64,000 nt of DNA from an uncultured delta proteobacterium (GTDB lineage: Bacteria; Desulfobacterota; Desulfobacteria; Desulfobacterales; B30-G6): contig CAWGLD010000001.1 in assembly GCA_963823335.1 (NCBI GenBank), positions 1,344,001-1,408,000 of the forward strand, given 5' to 3'. Each line of letters begins with the position of its first letter. Within the stretch, counting starts at the first letter, position 1. Made by a program: the position numbers and the translations under genes. The notes below the pieces were generated by a model, which did no database searches, was not told the origin of the DNA, and worked only from the letters and a program-made list of their open reading frames with translations. Shown here piece after piece: positions 49,403-60,086 of the stretch.

Positions 49403-50833
49403 TTATAACCACCCCAACAGGTTCCACCATAAATAATTTAGTGGCAACAACAACAGGGTAGAAATTATGGCTAAATAGAAACACACTTTTAATGCTTCTG
49501 TTAATTTTACCTGTGATATCTGCATACCAATGAGTATTGGAGGGGCTTGGTAAGGGAATATTGGGTTTGAAAACCCAAGTACTTGCGTCATAAAAACCGA
49601 TTCTACTGGAAAACCTGAAGTTTGAGATAACTCATTTGATAGTGGAGTAAGTAAGGCTGGTACGCCCGGCAAGGTGGTGATAACGCCTGTAAGCATTGAA
49701 GATAGACTCAGAGATAGATAGTTTGTAAATGGCGTATCTATATTTAATGGTAAATATGAGATCAGGTATGTTGCTGCTATGCTTCCCAATCCAGAATAAT
49801 TTATCATGCTGCCCAAACCCAATATCCCAGCAATAAAAAATAAGGTCCCATAATTGATTTTTTCAGTAAATTGTTGTTTGCTGACGATTTCTATCTTTGG
49901 AAGCAATAAAAAAACCGCCCCGGCCAATGCAATCCATGCAGGTGAAATATGGTGAATAAAGTCAGTTGCCCATAAAACGATAAGTATTATTAAAACAACG
50001 GACAATACGGTTTCCTTTTCAGACATAACATCTGAGTATTCCAGGGACCGACTTTTATCCATGATCGGCTTATCAGGATACAACCATAATATTAATGCTG
50101 TAATAATTATTGCCTTTAATAATCCGAGAATCGGAAAGTGCAGAAGCAAATATTCACCATACAGAGGAGAGTACTGATACAATGATTCTGCCATGCCAAC
50201 CAATACCATATTTGGAACATTGGCAGGTAGTATCGAAAAAGCCGGAATAAATGAACCCAAAACGATAGCTAAAATTACACCGACAAATCCATTTGAGCCG
50301 TTTTTAAACCCAAAGTGATGTGATATTGAAACGGCGATAGGTACTAACAAGACTACACGCCCCGTCGCGGAGGGCATCAAGAACGCAAATGCTAATCCGA
50401 TAAAGACTAGACCACCAATCAACTTCACGTAACTGCCATTAAGATGCACAGCCACCTTCCTGGCAACCCGTGTTCCAAGTCCTGTTCCATTGATACCAAT
50501 ACCAATAACCAGTCCAGCAAAGACAAGCCAAAAAGCGGGGGAATGAAATCCTGAAAATGCAATTTTTGCGGGTGCTATCGAGAACAGCATGGCTACAACA
50601 AAAAACAGGAGGGCAGTTAGATACTCTGGAATAATGCCCGTCACCCAAAAGGTTATAACGATAACCACCAACGCCGCCACGGTTCTTTCTGAGGAAGAAA
50701 GAATTGTAGATGGTGAAATAATTATAATTGTTCCAATTATAATTGATACCGACGATAGAATTATAAGTGCTTTGGATTTGCCTGGAATCACCCGCCCACC
50801 TCTCTTTAAAGCAATTGGTTCTTCAGATATCAT
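49403..50833 (-). CDS. SLC13/DASS family anion permease
   Basis: Multi-TM; MPSATGR, ILPANVPN, FPYQAPP; start taken at MISEE. Confidence 0.82.
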   Translation of the reverse strand: MISEEPIALKRGGRVIPGKSKALIILSSVSIIIGTIIIISPSTILSSSERTVAALVVIVITFWVTGIIPEYLTALLFFVVAMLFSIAPAKIAFSGFHSPAFWLVFAGLVIGIGINGTGLGTRVARKVAVHLNGSYVKLIGGLVFIGLAFAFLMPSATGRVVLLVPIAVSISHHFGFKNGSNGFVGVILAIVLGSFIPAFSILPANVPNMVLVGMAESLYQYSPLYGEYLLLHFPILGLLKAIIITALILWLYPDKPIMDKSRSLEYSDVMSEKETVLSVVLIILIVLWATDFIHHISPAWIALAGAVFLLLPKIEIVSKQQFTEKINYGTLFFIAGILGLGSMINYSGLGSIAATYLISYLPLNIDTPFTNYLSLSLSSMLTGVITTLPGVPALLTPLSNELSQTSGFPVESVFMTQVLGFSNPIFPYQAPPILIGMQISQVKLTEALKVCFYLAIISTLLLLPLNYLWWNLLGWL

Positions 50834-51357
50834 CTCGCTCAAATTACTCCGTTTTCCGAGTATGTATGCATTAGAAATCTGTCTTATAGCTGATAGAGGT
50901 ATCCCATTTCTCACAAAAATGCAAAAAGAGCAAATCCCAAGGCATTGGAATCGCCTCTTCCAATAAGAAGCCAACGATGAATCATCCTTACCGCGAACTT
51001 ATCACTTTATGCATTATGCCAAGAATCTGTTATCACAATGTATTTAATCCATTATTACAGAACCTTTAATGCGAATAGATCTCCTTGAGAAATCAAGTCA
51101 TTAGATTGTGCCAAGGCTCATATGAGGTAGTTTTCTTTGTTAATCATTCTAAAATATCTTTTCAATTTTGTTTTTCCCGACCATAGCCAAGACCGGTATC
51201 CGCTATTCCTTGATGGACTGGGCTGCCTGAGTGTAAAATTCCGCTGACAATATAAAAAATCCATTCAAATAAAATTTATTGACAGCAAAGAACAAGTTCG
51301 CATATAGAGTTAAGTGGAAATAAACAGCGAACCTGGGTTGCCGGGTCGGCAGCAAGC

Positions 51358-51371
51358 GTCAATTGATTGAC
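51358..51371. promoter_or_regulatory. Palindromic operator candidate
   Basis: GTCAAT-TG-ATTGAC downstream of a TTGACA hexamer (51279) and upstream of the DRE-TIM gene. Confidence 0.3.
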
Positions 51372-51497
51372 CCACCTTTCGGGCTCACATCATAGCCAGC
51401 ATTAAGAATTGGTATTCGATCATCTCGGTTCTATTATCCTGGAATCACATCCTGTTTTATCAATAAATACAAACCAAACTTATTGGAGGGAATAAAA

Positions 51498-52739
51498 ATG
51501 AAAAATCGTCCTGAAATCGACTCGGCGCATCCCTGGAAAACGGATAACTGGTACGTCAGCCACTGGAACTACCTGGAAGAAGTCACCAAGGATTTTACCC
51601 CGCCCCCCCAGGTGAAAGTGCATGATATTACCTTGCGGGATGGAGAGCAGCAGGCCGGGGTGATCTTTTCCAAAGACGACAAGATACGCATTGCCGAAAA
51701 ACTGGCCGAGGTAGGTATCCACCGGATTGAAGCCGGGATGCCGGCCGTATCCCCCAATGACGAAGCAGCGCTCAGAGAGATCGTGAAACGGAATCTGGGT
51801 TCGGAAATTTTCTGCTTTGCCCGTTGTATGGTGCCGGATGTCGAACTGGCCGCCGATTGTGGGGTGGATGGCATTGTGATCGAAATTCCCTCGAGCAAAC
51901 ACCTCATCGAGAAGGGGTATCGGTGGCCCTTGGAAAAAGCCATCGAACTTTCCATAACAGCCACCTCGGCCGCTAAAAGAGCGGGGCTCAAAACTGTATT
52001 TTTCACCATCGATGCCACGCGGTCCGATATGGACTGGCTGCTGGACCTGGTGGATCGTGTTGCGGTTGAGGGCCATATGGATGCGTTCACCCTTGTGGAC
52101 ACTTTTGGTGTACTGTCTCCCCAGGCGGCGACCTATTTTGCAAAAAAAGTAAAAGAACGCATATCCAAACCCATCGAAGTTCACTTTCACCCTGATTTTG
52201 GTATGGGTGTTGCCAATACGATCAACGCTGTTCTTGCCGGAGCGGAGGTCATTCACACCACGGTCCTCGGCATCGGGGAGCGGGCCGGCAACACACCCAT
52301 GGAAGAAACCGTCCTGGCGCTGCTGACCATGTACGGCATCGACGTGGGTATCGATTTCAGCAAACTCAATGAACTGGCGGCCCTGGTTCAGGAATTGTCC
52401 GGTTTTCAGGTGCCCCCCAACCGGCCTTTTATCGGTAAAAACGCCTATAATATTGAATCCGGAATCGTCACCGGCTGGTACAAGAATGTCTTTGAATTCG
52501 ACCCCACCATCGTGTTTCCCGTACATCCCGACTTTGTGGGGCATGACGCACCCAACATCCTGATGGGAAAAAAGAGCGGGATTGACAATATCGAGCTGTG
52601 GACGAAAAAACTGGGTGTCGAGCTTGCTCGGCATGAGGCCATGGCGGTATTGAAGGTGGTAAAGCAACAATCACACGACCTGAAACGTGTTCTCAGTGAA
52701 GATGAATTTGTCAAGATCATCCGGGACATAAAAGCGTAA
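51498..52739 (+). CDS. DRE-TIM metallolyase (LeuA/homocitrate synthase-like, no regulatory domain)
   Basis: DITLRDGEQ, HFH metal motif, GIGERAGN, ESGI, GKKSG. Confidence 0.88.
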   Translation: MKNRPEIDSAHPWKTDNWYVSHWNYLEEVTKDFTPPPQVKVHDITLRDGEQQAGVIFSKDDKIRIAEKLAEVGIHRIEAGMPAVSPNDEAALREIVKRNLGSEIFCFARCMVPDVELAADCGVDGIVIEIPSSKHLIEKGYRWPLEKAIELSITATSAAKRAGLKTVFFTIDATRSDMDWLLDLVDRVAVEGHMDAFTLVDTFGVLSPQAATYFAKKVKERISKPIEVHFHPDFGMGVANTINAVLAGAEVIHTTVLGIGERAGNTPMEETVLALLTMYGIDVGIDFSKLNELAALVQELSGFQVPPNRPFIGKNAYNIESGIVTGWYKNVFEFDPTIVFPVHPDFVGHDAPNILMGKKSGIDNIELWTKKLGVELARHEAMAVLKVVKQQSHDLKRVLSEDEFVKIIRDIKA

Positions 52740-52747
52740 GGGGCGGG

Positions 52748-52821
52748 GTTGAAGAACCTCACAGCCCCGGTGAACCGAGATCCTCTGCAAGCCAATGGCT
52801 GGTGTCCGATGCTGCGGTTCA
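52748..52821 (+). repeat. Divergent member of the 76-bp element family
   Basis: Conserved ends TTGAAGAACCTCACAGC...GCGGTTCA with an unrelated interior. Confidence 0.6.
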
Positions 52822-52923
52822 GCCTGAGGCGTTATCGATTGGTGGTTCTGGGCAATTTTGCCCATTGGTACAGAAGAGGAACAGTGCCCATAAAAGCCCA
52901 ACTTAAAAACGAATGGTTTTACA

Positions 52924-54048
52924 TCAACTAAACAGCTCACTTGTCTCTTTTAGCTTTGATATTCCCCATTCAATTTCATTGGGTTGAAACGATGGAAATG
53001 TCAATCTGAAAAACAGGCCTTTTTTTTGCTTTTCTTCCACATAGTTTGGAGCGATGGCATTCCAGGCAGCGGCTATACCCACACCCTTTTTTTTAGCTGA
53101 TTCAATAAAGGCTGCTTCATTATCAATTGAAACACTATCAAGGCTAAGAGAAACGAAAAAGCCACCAGTAATCTCCTCTCGATGGACTCCTGGAAACATT
53201 GTATTGAGGGCACCGTTCAGTGCATTCATTCTTGGCTTATAGAGTTTGCACAAGTATTTAAGGTTGTCATCATACCGTCCCGATTCGATGAAATCTGCTA
53301 TAAAGGCCTGAGTCGGCAGATTGGGGTTTATGCGCGTATTGAGGATAATTCCTGATAGGCGTTTCACATAATGATCTGGCACAATTATATACCCGCATTT
53401 TGACCCAGGAGATATTGTCTTTGTAAATGAACTTGCTATAACCGGCCCCCATTCTGATATTTCTACAGGCTCATTCACTTTGCCATCATATCGAAGCTCT
53501 TGATAACAAATATCCCATACACATAGAATATCATTTTCGCGGCATAGTAATTCAACAGCCTTGCGATTATCTTTTGTGTAATTTATTCCCGTTGGATTCT
53601 GATGAAAAGGTATCCCGTAAAACACTTCAGCCCTTACTTGTTTCAACAGCTCCTTTAATTGGCTCAAATCAATGCCCTCTGACGTCAATCCGACACCGAT
53701 CAGTTTATGGCCATAATTCTTGGCGTCGAGCAGTACGCGATCGTAAGACGCCTCTTCAACAATTATATTGCTTTCTCTGGGCAAAGATTTAAAAAATAAT
53801 GATATTACCTCTAAACCACCGTTACCGACTATGACTCTTTCCGCGTTTACATTATGCAGATTTCCGATGATATCCCGCAGAATTTTGAAGCCTGTAAAAT
53901 GGCCGTATTGAAGCACATCCGTACCGTATCGCTTAATCACTTCTTTGTATCCCTCTGACACCATGGGAATAATGCGTGATAATGCTTCTTCAGAAGGAAC
54001 GCCACGCAGGAAATTTACTGACTGTTTCTCACTCATCTTGTTCACCAT
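52924..54048 (-). CDS. Class I/II PLP aminotransferase (MocR-AAT-like, no HTH)
   Basis: LQYG, FHQNPTG, DICYQEL, SSFTKTISPG. Confidence 0.88.
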   Translation of the reverse strand: MVNKMSEKQSVNFLRGVPSEEALSRIIPMVSEGYKEVIKRYGTDVLQYGHFTGFKILRDIIGNLHNVNAERVIVGNGGLEVISLFFKSLPRESNIIVEEASYDRVLLDAKNYGHKLIGVGLTSEGIDLSQLKELLKQVRAEVFYGIPFHQNPTGINYTKDNRKAVELLCRENDILCVWDICYQELRYDGKVNEPVEISEWGPVIASSFTKTISPGSKCGYIIVPDHYVKRLSGIILNTRINPNLPTQAFIADFIESGRYDDNLKYLCKLYKPRMNALNGALNTMFPGVHREEITGGFFVSLSLDSVSIDNEAAFIESAKKKGVGIAAAWNAIAPNYVEEKQKKGLFFRLTFPSFQPNEIEWGISKLKETSELFS

Positions 54049-54615
54049 TATATCCTTTCATTTTGATGGAACTCACCGCTTTTCATCCATCCTCAATTAG
54101 AATCCAGATTGTTTTCCAGACCAAGATAACACGGGAAAGCCTATCGATGCAAGATTTGGTCTGTTGAGATTATAATCGGACATCGGTGTATTTTTAGGGA
54201 CTTTATATTTACAAAATTTTTGAAGATGGTGCAAGCCTCCAAAGCCAAGAAAAGGTGATCAAATGTGCAAGACCAGAAGGGTAAAAAGCCCCCAAGGTTT
54301 TTGCGGAGGTGGTCTTTTAACATTCGCGATACTTGACAAAACGCCAACGATACAATATCTTGCGTACTCTAAATCGGTACCGGATTACTCTGCACTGGAA
54401 TATCGAGTAGTCAAACAAATAGAATCACTTATTTTACTTCCCGGTCTTTTTTTGATAGAATCCCTGGTTGTGAGTGCAGTATGGATACACGCTGGAAAAG
54501 ATATGAATCAGATATCACCTCCAGCAAGTGTGTCACGTACTAGCAAGATACCCAATGGGTGTAGATTTTGTAGCTAATATTCGAGACAAGGCTGGTACAA
54601 TGAAGGGGTTATCTG

Positions 54616-55420
54616 ATGAAAATTATACGTTTTTTAGATGAACATGATCACCAATGCTATGGTCACGCCTATAGCGATGGCAACGCCATTCTTTTGGAGG
54701 GCAAATTATTGGGAGAGTTCACGGATACCGGACGCCGGGTCAGTGTAAAAAAAATCCTGGCACCGCTGGAACCGGCTGCCATCTTCGGCATCGCCCTTAA
54801 TTACAAGCAACATGCCGACGAAGCCGGTTTTGAAAAACCGAAATACCCGGTCCTTTTTTTTAAAAATCCCGCATCGGTGGCACATCCCGGGAGATCCCAT
54901 CGTCATCCCGAAGTGCTGTGAAGACGTACCCCAAGTTGACTGGGAGGCCGAACTGGCCGTGGTGATCGGCCGTGCCGCCAAGAATGTGCCCGCCTCCGAG
55001 GCACTCCAATATGTATTGGGATACGCGCCGACCAATGACATCTCTGCAAGGCATTGGCAAAAAATCGCCGGGGCCGGTCAGGTTGCCCGAGGTAAGAGCT
55101 TCGATACGTTCTGTCCCCTGGGGCCTGAATTGATAACCCCCGACGAAATTCCTGACCCGCAAGCACTCAAATTGCAGTGTCTTCTCAACGGGGAAATCAT
55201 GCAGGACTCCAATACGTCACAAATGATTTTTAGCGTAGCGGAGATCATTGAATATCTCTCCATGGACACAACGCTGCTGCCGGGATCCGTTATTCTGTCC
55301 GGCACGCCCGGCGGCGTCGGTTTTGTCCGCAAGCCGCCCGTATTCCTCAAATCCGGGGATGTGGTTGAGGTCGCGATTGAAGGCATGCAGACCCTCAGCA
55401 ATCCGGTTGTTTCTGCGTAA
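54616..55420 (+). pseudogene. Fumarylacetoacetate hydrolase family protein, frameshifted near 54890
   Basis: IALNYKQH..PVLFFKN in one frame; DWEAELAVVIG, NDISAR, GKSFDTFCP and SGTPGGVG in the +1 frame. Confidence 0.85.
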
Positions 55421-55527
55421 CCTGTGCTATAAAAGAAGGGTCCGTTACCAAACACGGCTCTTCCCGGTGACGCCCCTGGAGAAACCCGGGTGTTGTCCCC
55501 ATAGCCCTTTAAATTGGCCAACAAAAA

Positions 55528-55566
55528 AAATCAGGGGGTAGTTATCCAAAACCTACCCCCTGATTT
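55528..55566. terminator. Hairpin terminator between convergent genes
   Basis: AAATCAGGGGGTAG-loop-CTACCCCCTGATTT preceded by an A-tract (U-tract on the minus strand). Confidence 0.75.
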
Positions 55567-55622
55567 ATAAGGTCAGTTTGACAAGGTATTACGAAACAAC
55601 ACCCCGTTCTTTTTTCACACAG

Positions 55623-56486
55623 CTACTCGAGACCCTGGTTACCGACAGTTTCCTTGTGCCAGAAGATCAGTCTCTTTTGCGCCCAGATGACGGCCCAAAA
55701 AGTGGCCAATCCTAAAAAGCTCAGGTAGATAATCAGTGAAAACACACGTGGTGTATTGAGCTGAGACGCGGCCACACGGATCAGTTCTCCGAAGCCCTTG
55801 CCACCGCCCAGGAACTCCCCAACCACCGCCCCCACGACCACGAGCACCGCCGCATTCTTTAAACCGGCAAAGAAGTGCGGCATGCCCAGGGGCAGCTTCA
55901 GCTTGTAAAGCGTCTGCCAGCGGGTAGCACCCATGGTGCGGAAAAGCATGCGCTGACTCTCGCTTGTGGAGTGCAGCCCGGCTGCCGTGCTCACGATGAC
56001 CGGGAAGATGGCAATAAAGGCTGCAAGCGCCACCTTCGAGGAAATGCCAAAACCCAGCCAGGATACGAACAAGGGCGCAAAAGCCACCTTGGGCATGGCA
56101 TTGATGGCAACCAGGTAGGGCATCACCGCCCGTTCTCCGAACTTCGTTTCCCCGACCAGCAGCCCCAGCAAGAATCCGATGCCGATGGCAATCGCAAAAC
56201 CGACCAGCACCTCCTGGGTGGTTATCCACAGGGCGGCCAGCATATACCCGCCGGTTAGTATATTTTTTCCAACGAAGAAGAGATCGTAGATCGTCTCCAT
56301 GGGTGCGGAAAGAATAATGGGCGAGATGAGCCGCAACTTATAGGCAAGCTGCCACAAGAGCAGAAAAATTATCATCAGCAGCGCCATGGCCACAGAGCGG
56401 GGAATCCGGTCGATCCAAGCCTCGCGCTGGATCACGAATGTTTGTGGTACAACCGTTATTTCAGCGGTTTTCTTTGGACCCATCAT
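55623..56486 (-). CDS. ABC transporter permease, NitT/TauT family
   Basis: PKVAFAPL..WLGFG, MGATRWQ..KLKLP, GAVVGEF. Confidence 0.92.
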   Translation of the reverse strand: MMGPKKTAEITVVPQTFVIQREAWIDRIPRSVAMALLMIIFLLLWQLAYKLRLISPIILSAPMETIYDLFFVGKNILTGGYMLAALWITTQEVLVGFAIAIGIGFLLGLLVGETKFGERAVMPYLVAINAMPKVAFAPLFVSWLGFGISSKVALAAFIAIFPVIVSTAAGLHSTSESQRMLFRTMGATRWQTLYKLKLPLGMPHFFAGLKNAAVLVVVGAVVGEFLGGGKGFGELIRVAASQLNTPRVFSLIIYLSFLGLATFWAVIWAQKRLIFWHKETVGNQGLE

Positions 56487-57292
56487 AAGAATGCTCCCTT
56501 GTCTAGTAAATCTCGAATCGTTTTGACAGCGTCGCCGAAGCGCGGTTCGGTCATTATTTCCAGGGTCCGGGGGCGGGGCAGATCGATGGGGATCGCCTTG
56601 TTGATACGCCCGGGTCTTGGCGACATGACATACACCACGTCGGAAAGGATGACGGCCTCGGGAATCGAATGAGTGACAAGGAATGTCGTGGCATTGCGCT
56701 CCAGACAGATCCGCTGCAGCTCCATGTTCATGAAATCCCGGGTTAACTCGTCGAGGGCGCTGAACGGTTCATCCAGGACCAGCACGGTAGGTTCCGTGAT
56801 CAGCATCCGGCAGATGGCCGCACGCTGGGCCATCCCTCCCGACAGTTCGCTGGGGAAAACCTTTTCGAACTCCTGCAGTCCGACCAGTTCGAGCAAGGTC
56901 TTGGCGATACCATGCTTGGCCAGGGCCGCGCTCTTTCCTTCACGTATCTCGATGGGAAGGACAACATTTTCGATCGTGTTGCGCCAAGGGAAAAGAGTTG
57001 CCTCCTGAAACATCATACCGATGTCCCGCCGCGGTCCCGCCACCGGCTCGCCGGAAAGAATCACGCTCCCTTCGGAAGGTGACAACAGCCCGGTCATGAT
57101 CTTGAGCAGCGTCGATTTTCCACAGCCGCTCGGGCCGATAATGGCCGAAAAACTCCCCTCTTCCAGGCTTAGGTTAATATTGTCGAGTGCATGTACTTTG
57201 CGCCGGGCGTAGGTCTTGCCGACCCCACGCAATTCGTAAACCGGCCGGCCCGAAAGGCCGGCCGGTGATGACATCGATTCAACAGCTGTCAT
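56483..57292 (-). CDS. ABC transporter ATP-binding protein, NitT/TauT family
   Basis: GPSGCGKST, LSGGMAQR, LDEPFSALD, VTHS. Confidence 0.95.
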   Translation of the reverse strand: MTAVESMSSPAGLSGRPVYELRGVGKTYARRKVHALDNINLSLEEGSFSAIIGPSGCGKSTLLKIMTGLLSPSEGSVILSGEPVAGPRRDIGMMFQEATLFPWRNTIENVVLPIEIREGKSAALAKHGIAKTLLELVGLQEFEKVFPSELSGGMAQRAAICRMLITEPTVLVLDEPFSALDELTRDFMNMELQRICLERNATTFLVTHSIPEAVILSDVVYVMSPRPGRINKAIPIDLPRPRTLEIMTEPRFGDAVKTIRDLLDKGAFL

Positions 57293-58317
57293 TATTTAGC
57301 ATTCCATTTCTTTATAAAATCATTGGTGTAGGCAGCCTTCAGATCCGGTAGAGGAGCCTTCAGCGCACCCGATTCGACAAGCCCCACATGCCAGAGTTCC
57401 CAGCCTTCAGGAGGCATGTACCCCCAGCCGGGTGACAGATCTAAAGGTGTTATACGCTCGACAACCTGGGCTAACAGGGCTTTGGCCATAGCAGTATCCT
57501 CAGCCTCCTGAGGATTTCCCTCGGCAGCATCCTTGAGCACTTTAGCCTGGTTGGCCGGATCCGAGCAAAATCTGGCTGCGCGAACCAGGGCACGTCCGAA
57601 CCCCTCAACAACCTTCGGGTTTTCTTTCATGAAAGAGCCCAACACGACGAAGCCGTTGCCAAAATAGGCCAGATTCTTTTCAGGCGTGATCTCGCGCAGC
57701 GTCAGTCCCTTGGCTGTCATGATGGCGGAATCAACCGTGGATGATGCGTATGCCTCGATATCGTCTCGTTCAAAGGCTGCTGCCGCCATGCCGCCGTCGC
57801 CAACGGGCAGAAATGTATAGTCCTTGCCTTCGGTCAAACCCGCCTCGTTCAATATTGGACGGACAAAGGCCACTTCGCTGCCGTCTGCAGTACCTACACC
57901 GATTACTTTGCCCTTCAGCTGACTGGCCTCGGTGTAGGATGACCCATCTCTAACCACGAGACCGAACAAGGATTTCGGATACAGATTGTAGATAAAAACG
58001 GCATCCACGCCACGCGCACGTGCGCCCAAAGTTGGGCCGGCACCGGGAATGCCGAACTGGGCTTTGTTGGCCGACATGACCTGGAGTACCTGACCCGAGC
58101 CGTCCACAGCCTCTACGTTGACATCCAGGCCCTCATCTTTGAAATAGCCCTCACCGATGGCAACGTGCAGCGGAATCCAAATGATAGCTGAAGGGTGAGG
58201 CACTGCAACAGTAATTTTTGTTAGGGACGCCGCCTGGATTTTCTCTGCATCCCAGAGTGAACCTGCTATAACGATAGCGATAATGAGAATAATACTGATC
58301 AACATTTTGTTCTTCAT
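57292..58317 (-). CDS. ABC substrate-binding protein, SsuA/THI5-like
   Basis: Signal peptide; VAIGEGYFKDEGLDV, LKGKVIGV, AYTNDFI. Confidence 0.88.
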   Translation of the reverse strand: MKNKMLISIILIIAIVIAGSLWDAEKIQAASLTKITVAVPHPSAIIWIPLHVAIGEGYFKDEGLDVNVEAVDGSGQVLQVMSANKAQFGIPGAGPTLGARARGVDAVFIYNLYPKSLFGLVVRDGSSYTEASQLKGKVIGVGTADGSEVAFVRPILNEAGLTEGKDYTFLPVGDGGMAAAAFERDDIEAYASSTVDSAIMTAKGLTLREITPEKNLAYFGNGFVVLGSFMKENPKVVEGFGRALVRAARFCSDPANQAKVLKDAAEGNPQEAEDTAMAKALLAQVVERITPLDLSPGWGYMPPEGWELWHVGLVESGALKAPLPDLKAAYTNDFIKKWNAK

Positions 58318-58974
58318 AATCTTGTTCCTCCAGATAAAAGTGGTGAATGTAATAGGTCTTTCTATATCCAATTCCTGACTGTCTGATGATCATATTAAAC
58401 AAAAGCTTTCGCATTAAGCAAGATAATAATTCTATGTTGATAAGAAATGTTCGCTGTAATAAAATTTCAAGAGATTTCTGTGAAATACGCACCGCGTTAA
58501 ACTGAGGCACGGGAATCGTTCCATGGTGTCTGAATCACGACAACTTTCGCGATAAACACCCTGTTTAAAAGAATTCATAGTGGTGTATTCCGTCTGAAAT
58601 GAACGTTTATTAAAAAGAAACAGCACGGATATGGGTCAACGATTAATCAAAACACTGTGAGTAAAATAAATCGCCTGTCAGCAGAATTAGCAGCTAATAA
58701 ACTGTCTTTAAAAGCCTAATGGGGTTTGAAGCTATACGTATGACGGCACTGGTTATAAGAGAATGGTCCATTGACAGGTGAAAATTAATTAGTATACTAC
58801 CTTGAAATGCAAAGAAAGCTTTCTCCAGGTTTTTATAGACAGACGGGTCACGAAACCTTTGAATGTCGTCCAGCGTGATGTCGAAATCAACCAGGAGCAT
58901 CGCAAAGCAAAAATAAGGAAGCGCGTTTACTGCCGCACAAATTGAAATAACAACTTCTTTGAGGGAAGTAGATT

Positions 58975-59326
58975 ATGCCCGATGGGCATACTGATAAGAA
59001 ACTGGTGGTGGTTTGGAGTTCGGCGGACCGTGAAGTGGCCTTGAGCAACGTCTTCATGTACACAAAAAACCCGTATCAGGGATTGGTGGCCCCGCGTGCT
59101 CCTGGTGGTTTGGGGCCCCTCGGCCAAACTTCTCTGCGAGGATGCTGAATTGCAGGAGGAAATGGAGCTTTTGAAGAATGAAGGTGTGGAACTGATAGCC
59201 TGCAAAGCCTGTGCGGATATGTTCGGAAAGAGTGAGCAACTGGAAGCCATGGGGATCAATGTTATCTACATGGGTATGCCGCTCACCGAAATGCTTCAAA
59301 ACGGCTGGACCTGCCTGAATTACTAG
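58975..59326 (+). pseudogene. DsrE family protein, frameshifted near 59070
   Basis: KLVVVWSSADREVA..VFMYTKN in one frame; WW..VLLVVWGPSAKLL...ACKACAD in the +1 frame. Confidence 0.78.
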
Positions 59327-59374
59327 CGCAAGAACACGCCGTGTAAATTTTTTTGCAATAAGGAGGAAATTTCT

Positions 59375-59695
59375 ATGACAACCGAGACAACAGACCAAGA
59401 ATTCATGGTGACAGTTATTCTGCATCACGATCAATCCAAAACGTTAGATCAAATAATGGCTCACCTGCGCGAGACGGGTTTTTACCGGGATTTCCCTCCC
59501 GAAGGTTCGGAATTGGTTTCCTGGGTAGTTGCCATGTCCCATGGTTTTATCATAAACTTGCGGCTGAAGCCGGATGGGCTGCGCAACCTGAACAGATTTA
59601 TGGAAGGAAAGGCATGGGGCGCTTTCCGGTATGAAGTTTACCCGTCCTATGATTTTGAACCCATTGCCGCAAACTTGAAAGAAGAGCATCGTTGA
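59375..59695 (+). CDS. Small hypothetical protein
   Basis: AAGGAGG RBS; 106 aa with HDQSKTL, FPPEG and AWGAFRYEVYPSYD segments. Confidence 0.75.
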   Translation: MTTETTDQEFMVTVILHHDQSKTLDQIMAHLRETGFYRDFPPEGSELVSWVVAMSHGFIINLRLKPDGLRNLNRFMEGKAWGAFRYEVYPSYDFEPIAANLKEEHR

Positions 59696-60086
59696 AAAAC
59701 GGGTTACGAACCTGGACGTCCACGGAATTGATTGCTTGCGAAATACGAATATCAGCATATTCAGTTTCCGTTCCGGGCCCATGTCTTGTATTCTGCTAAA
59801 TTCCTATTGCCGATTTGTTCCAAGCCGCACATTTCAGCCATATGGCGAACATCTACGTTTCCTGCCGAAAATGGTTTCGGCACTGCCTATAACGTATTGA
59901 AGAGCCATGCAATCCCTACAATATGGGATATTAGACAAGCTACGAGAAATGCTTTATCATGCCGCAGTGGTTCGCAGCAATCGCAAGGTAAAAGGAGCTT
60001 GACTGATTCAGGTTCGCCCGCTAGTCCAACCACTGTCGTCGGTGACCATGGCGAGTTTAATTTATAATCACATATCGGAGACAATC

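Noticed and set aside
51480-52670. 396-aa antisense ORF mirroring the DRE-TIM gene
   Set aside because: Codon-aligned antisense frame expected from codon bias; no motifs
54263-54577. 104-aa ORF upstream of the FAH gene
   Set aside because: No clear RBS or motif; it lies in a divergent promoter region
59062-59072. A-AAA-AAC slippery site as a programmed -1 frameshift in the DsrE-like gene
   Set aside because: The downstream coding frame is +1 (or -2), not -1
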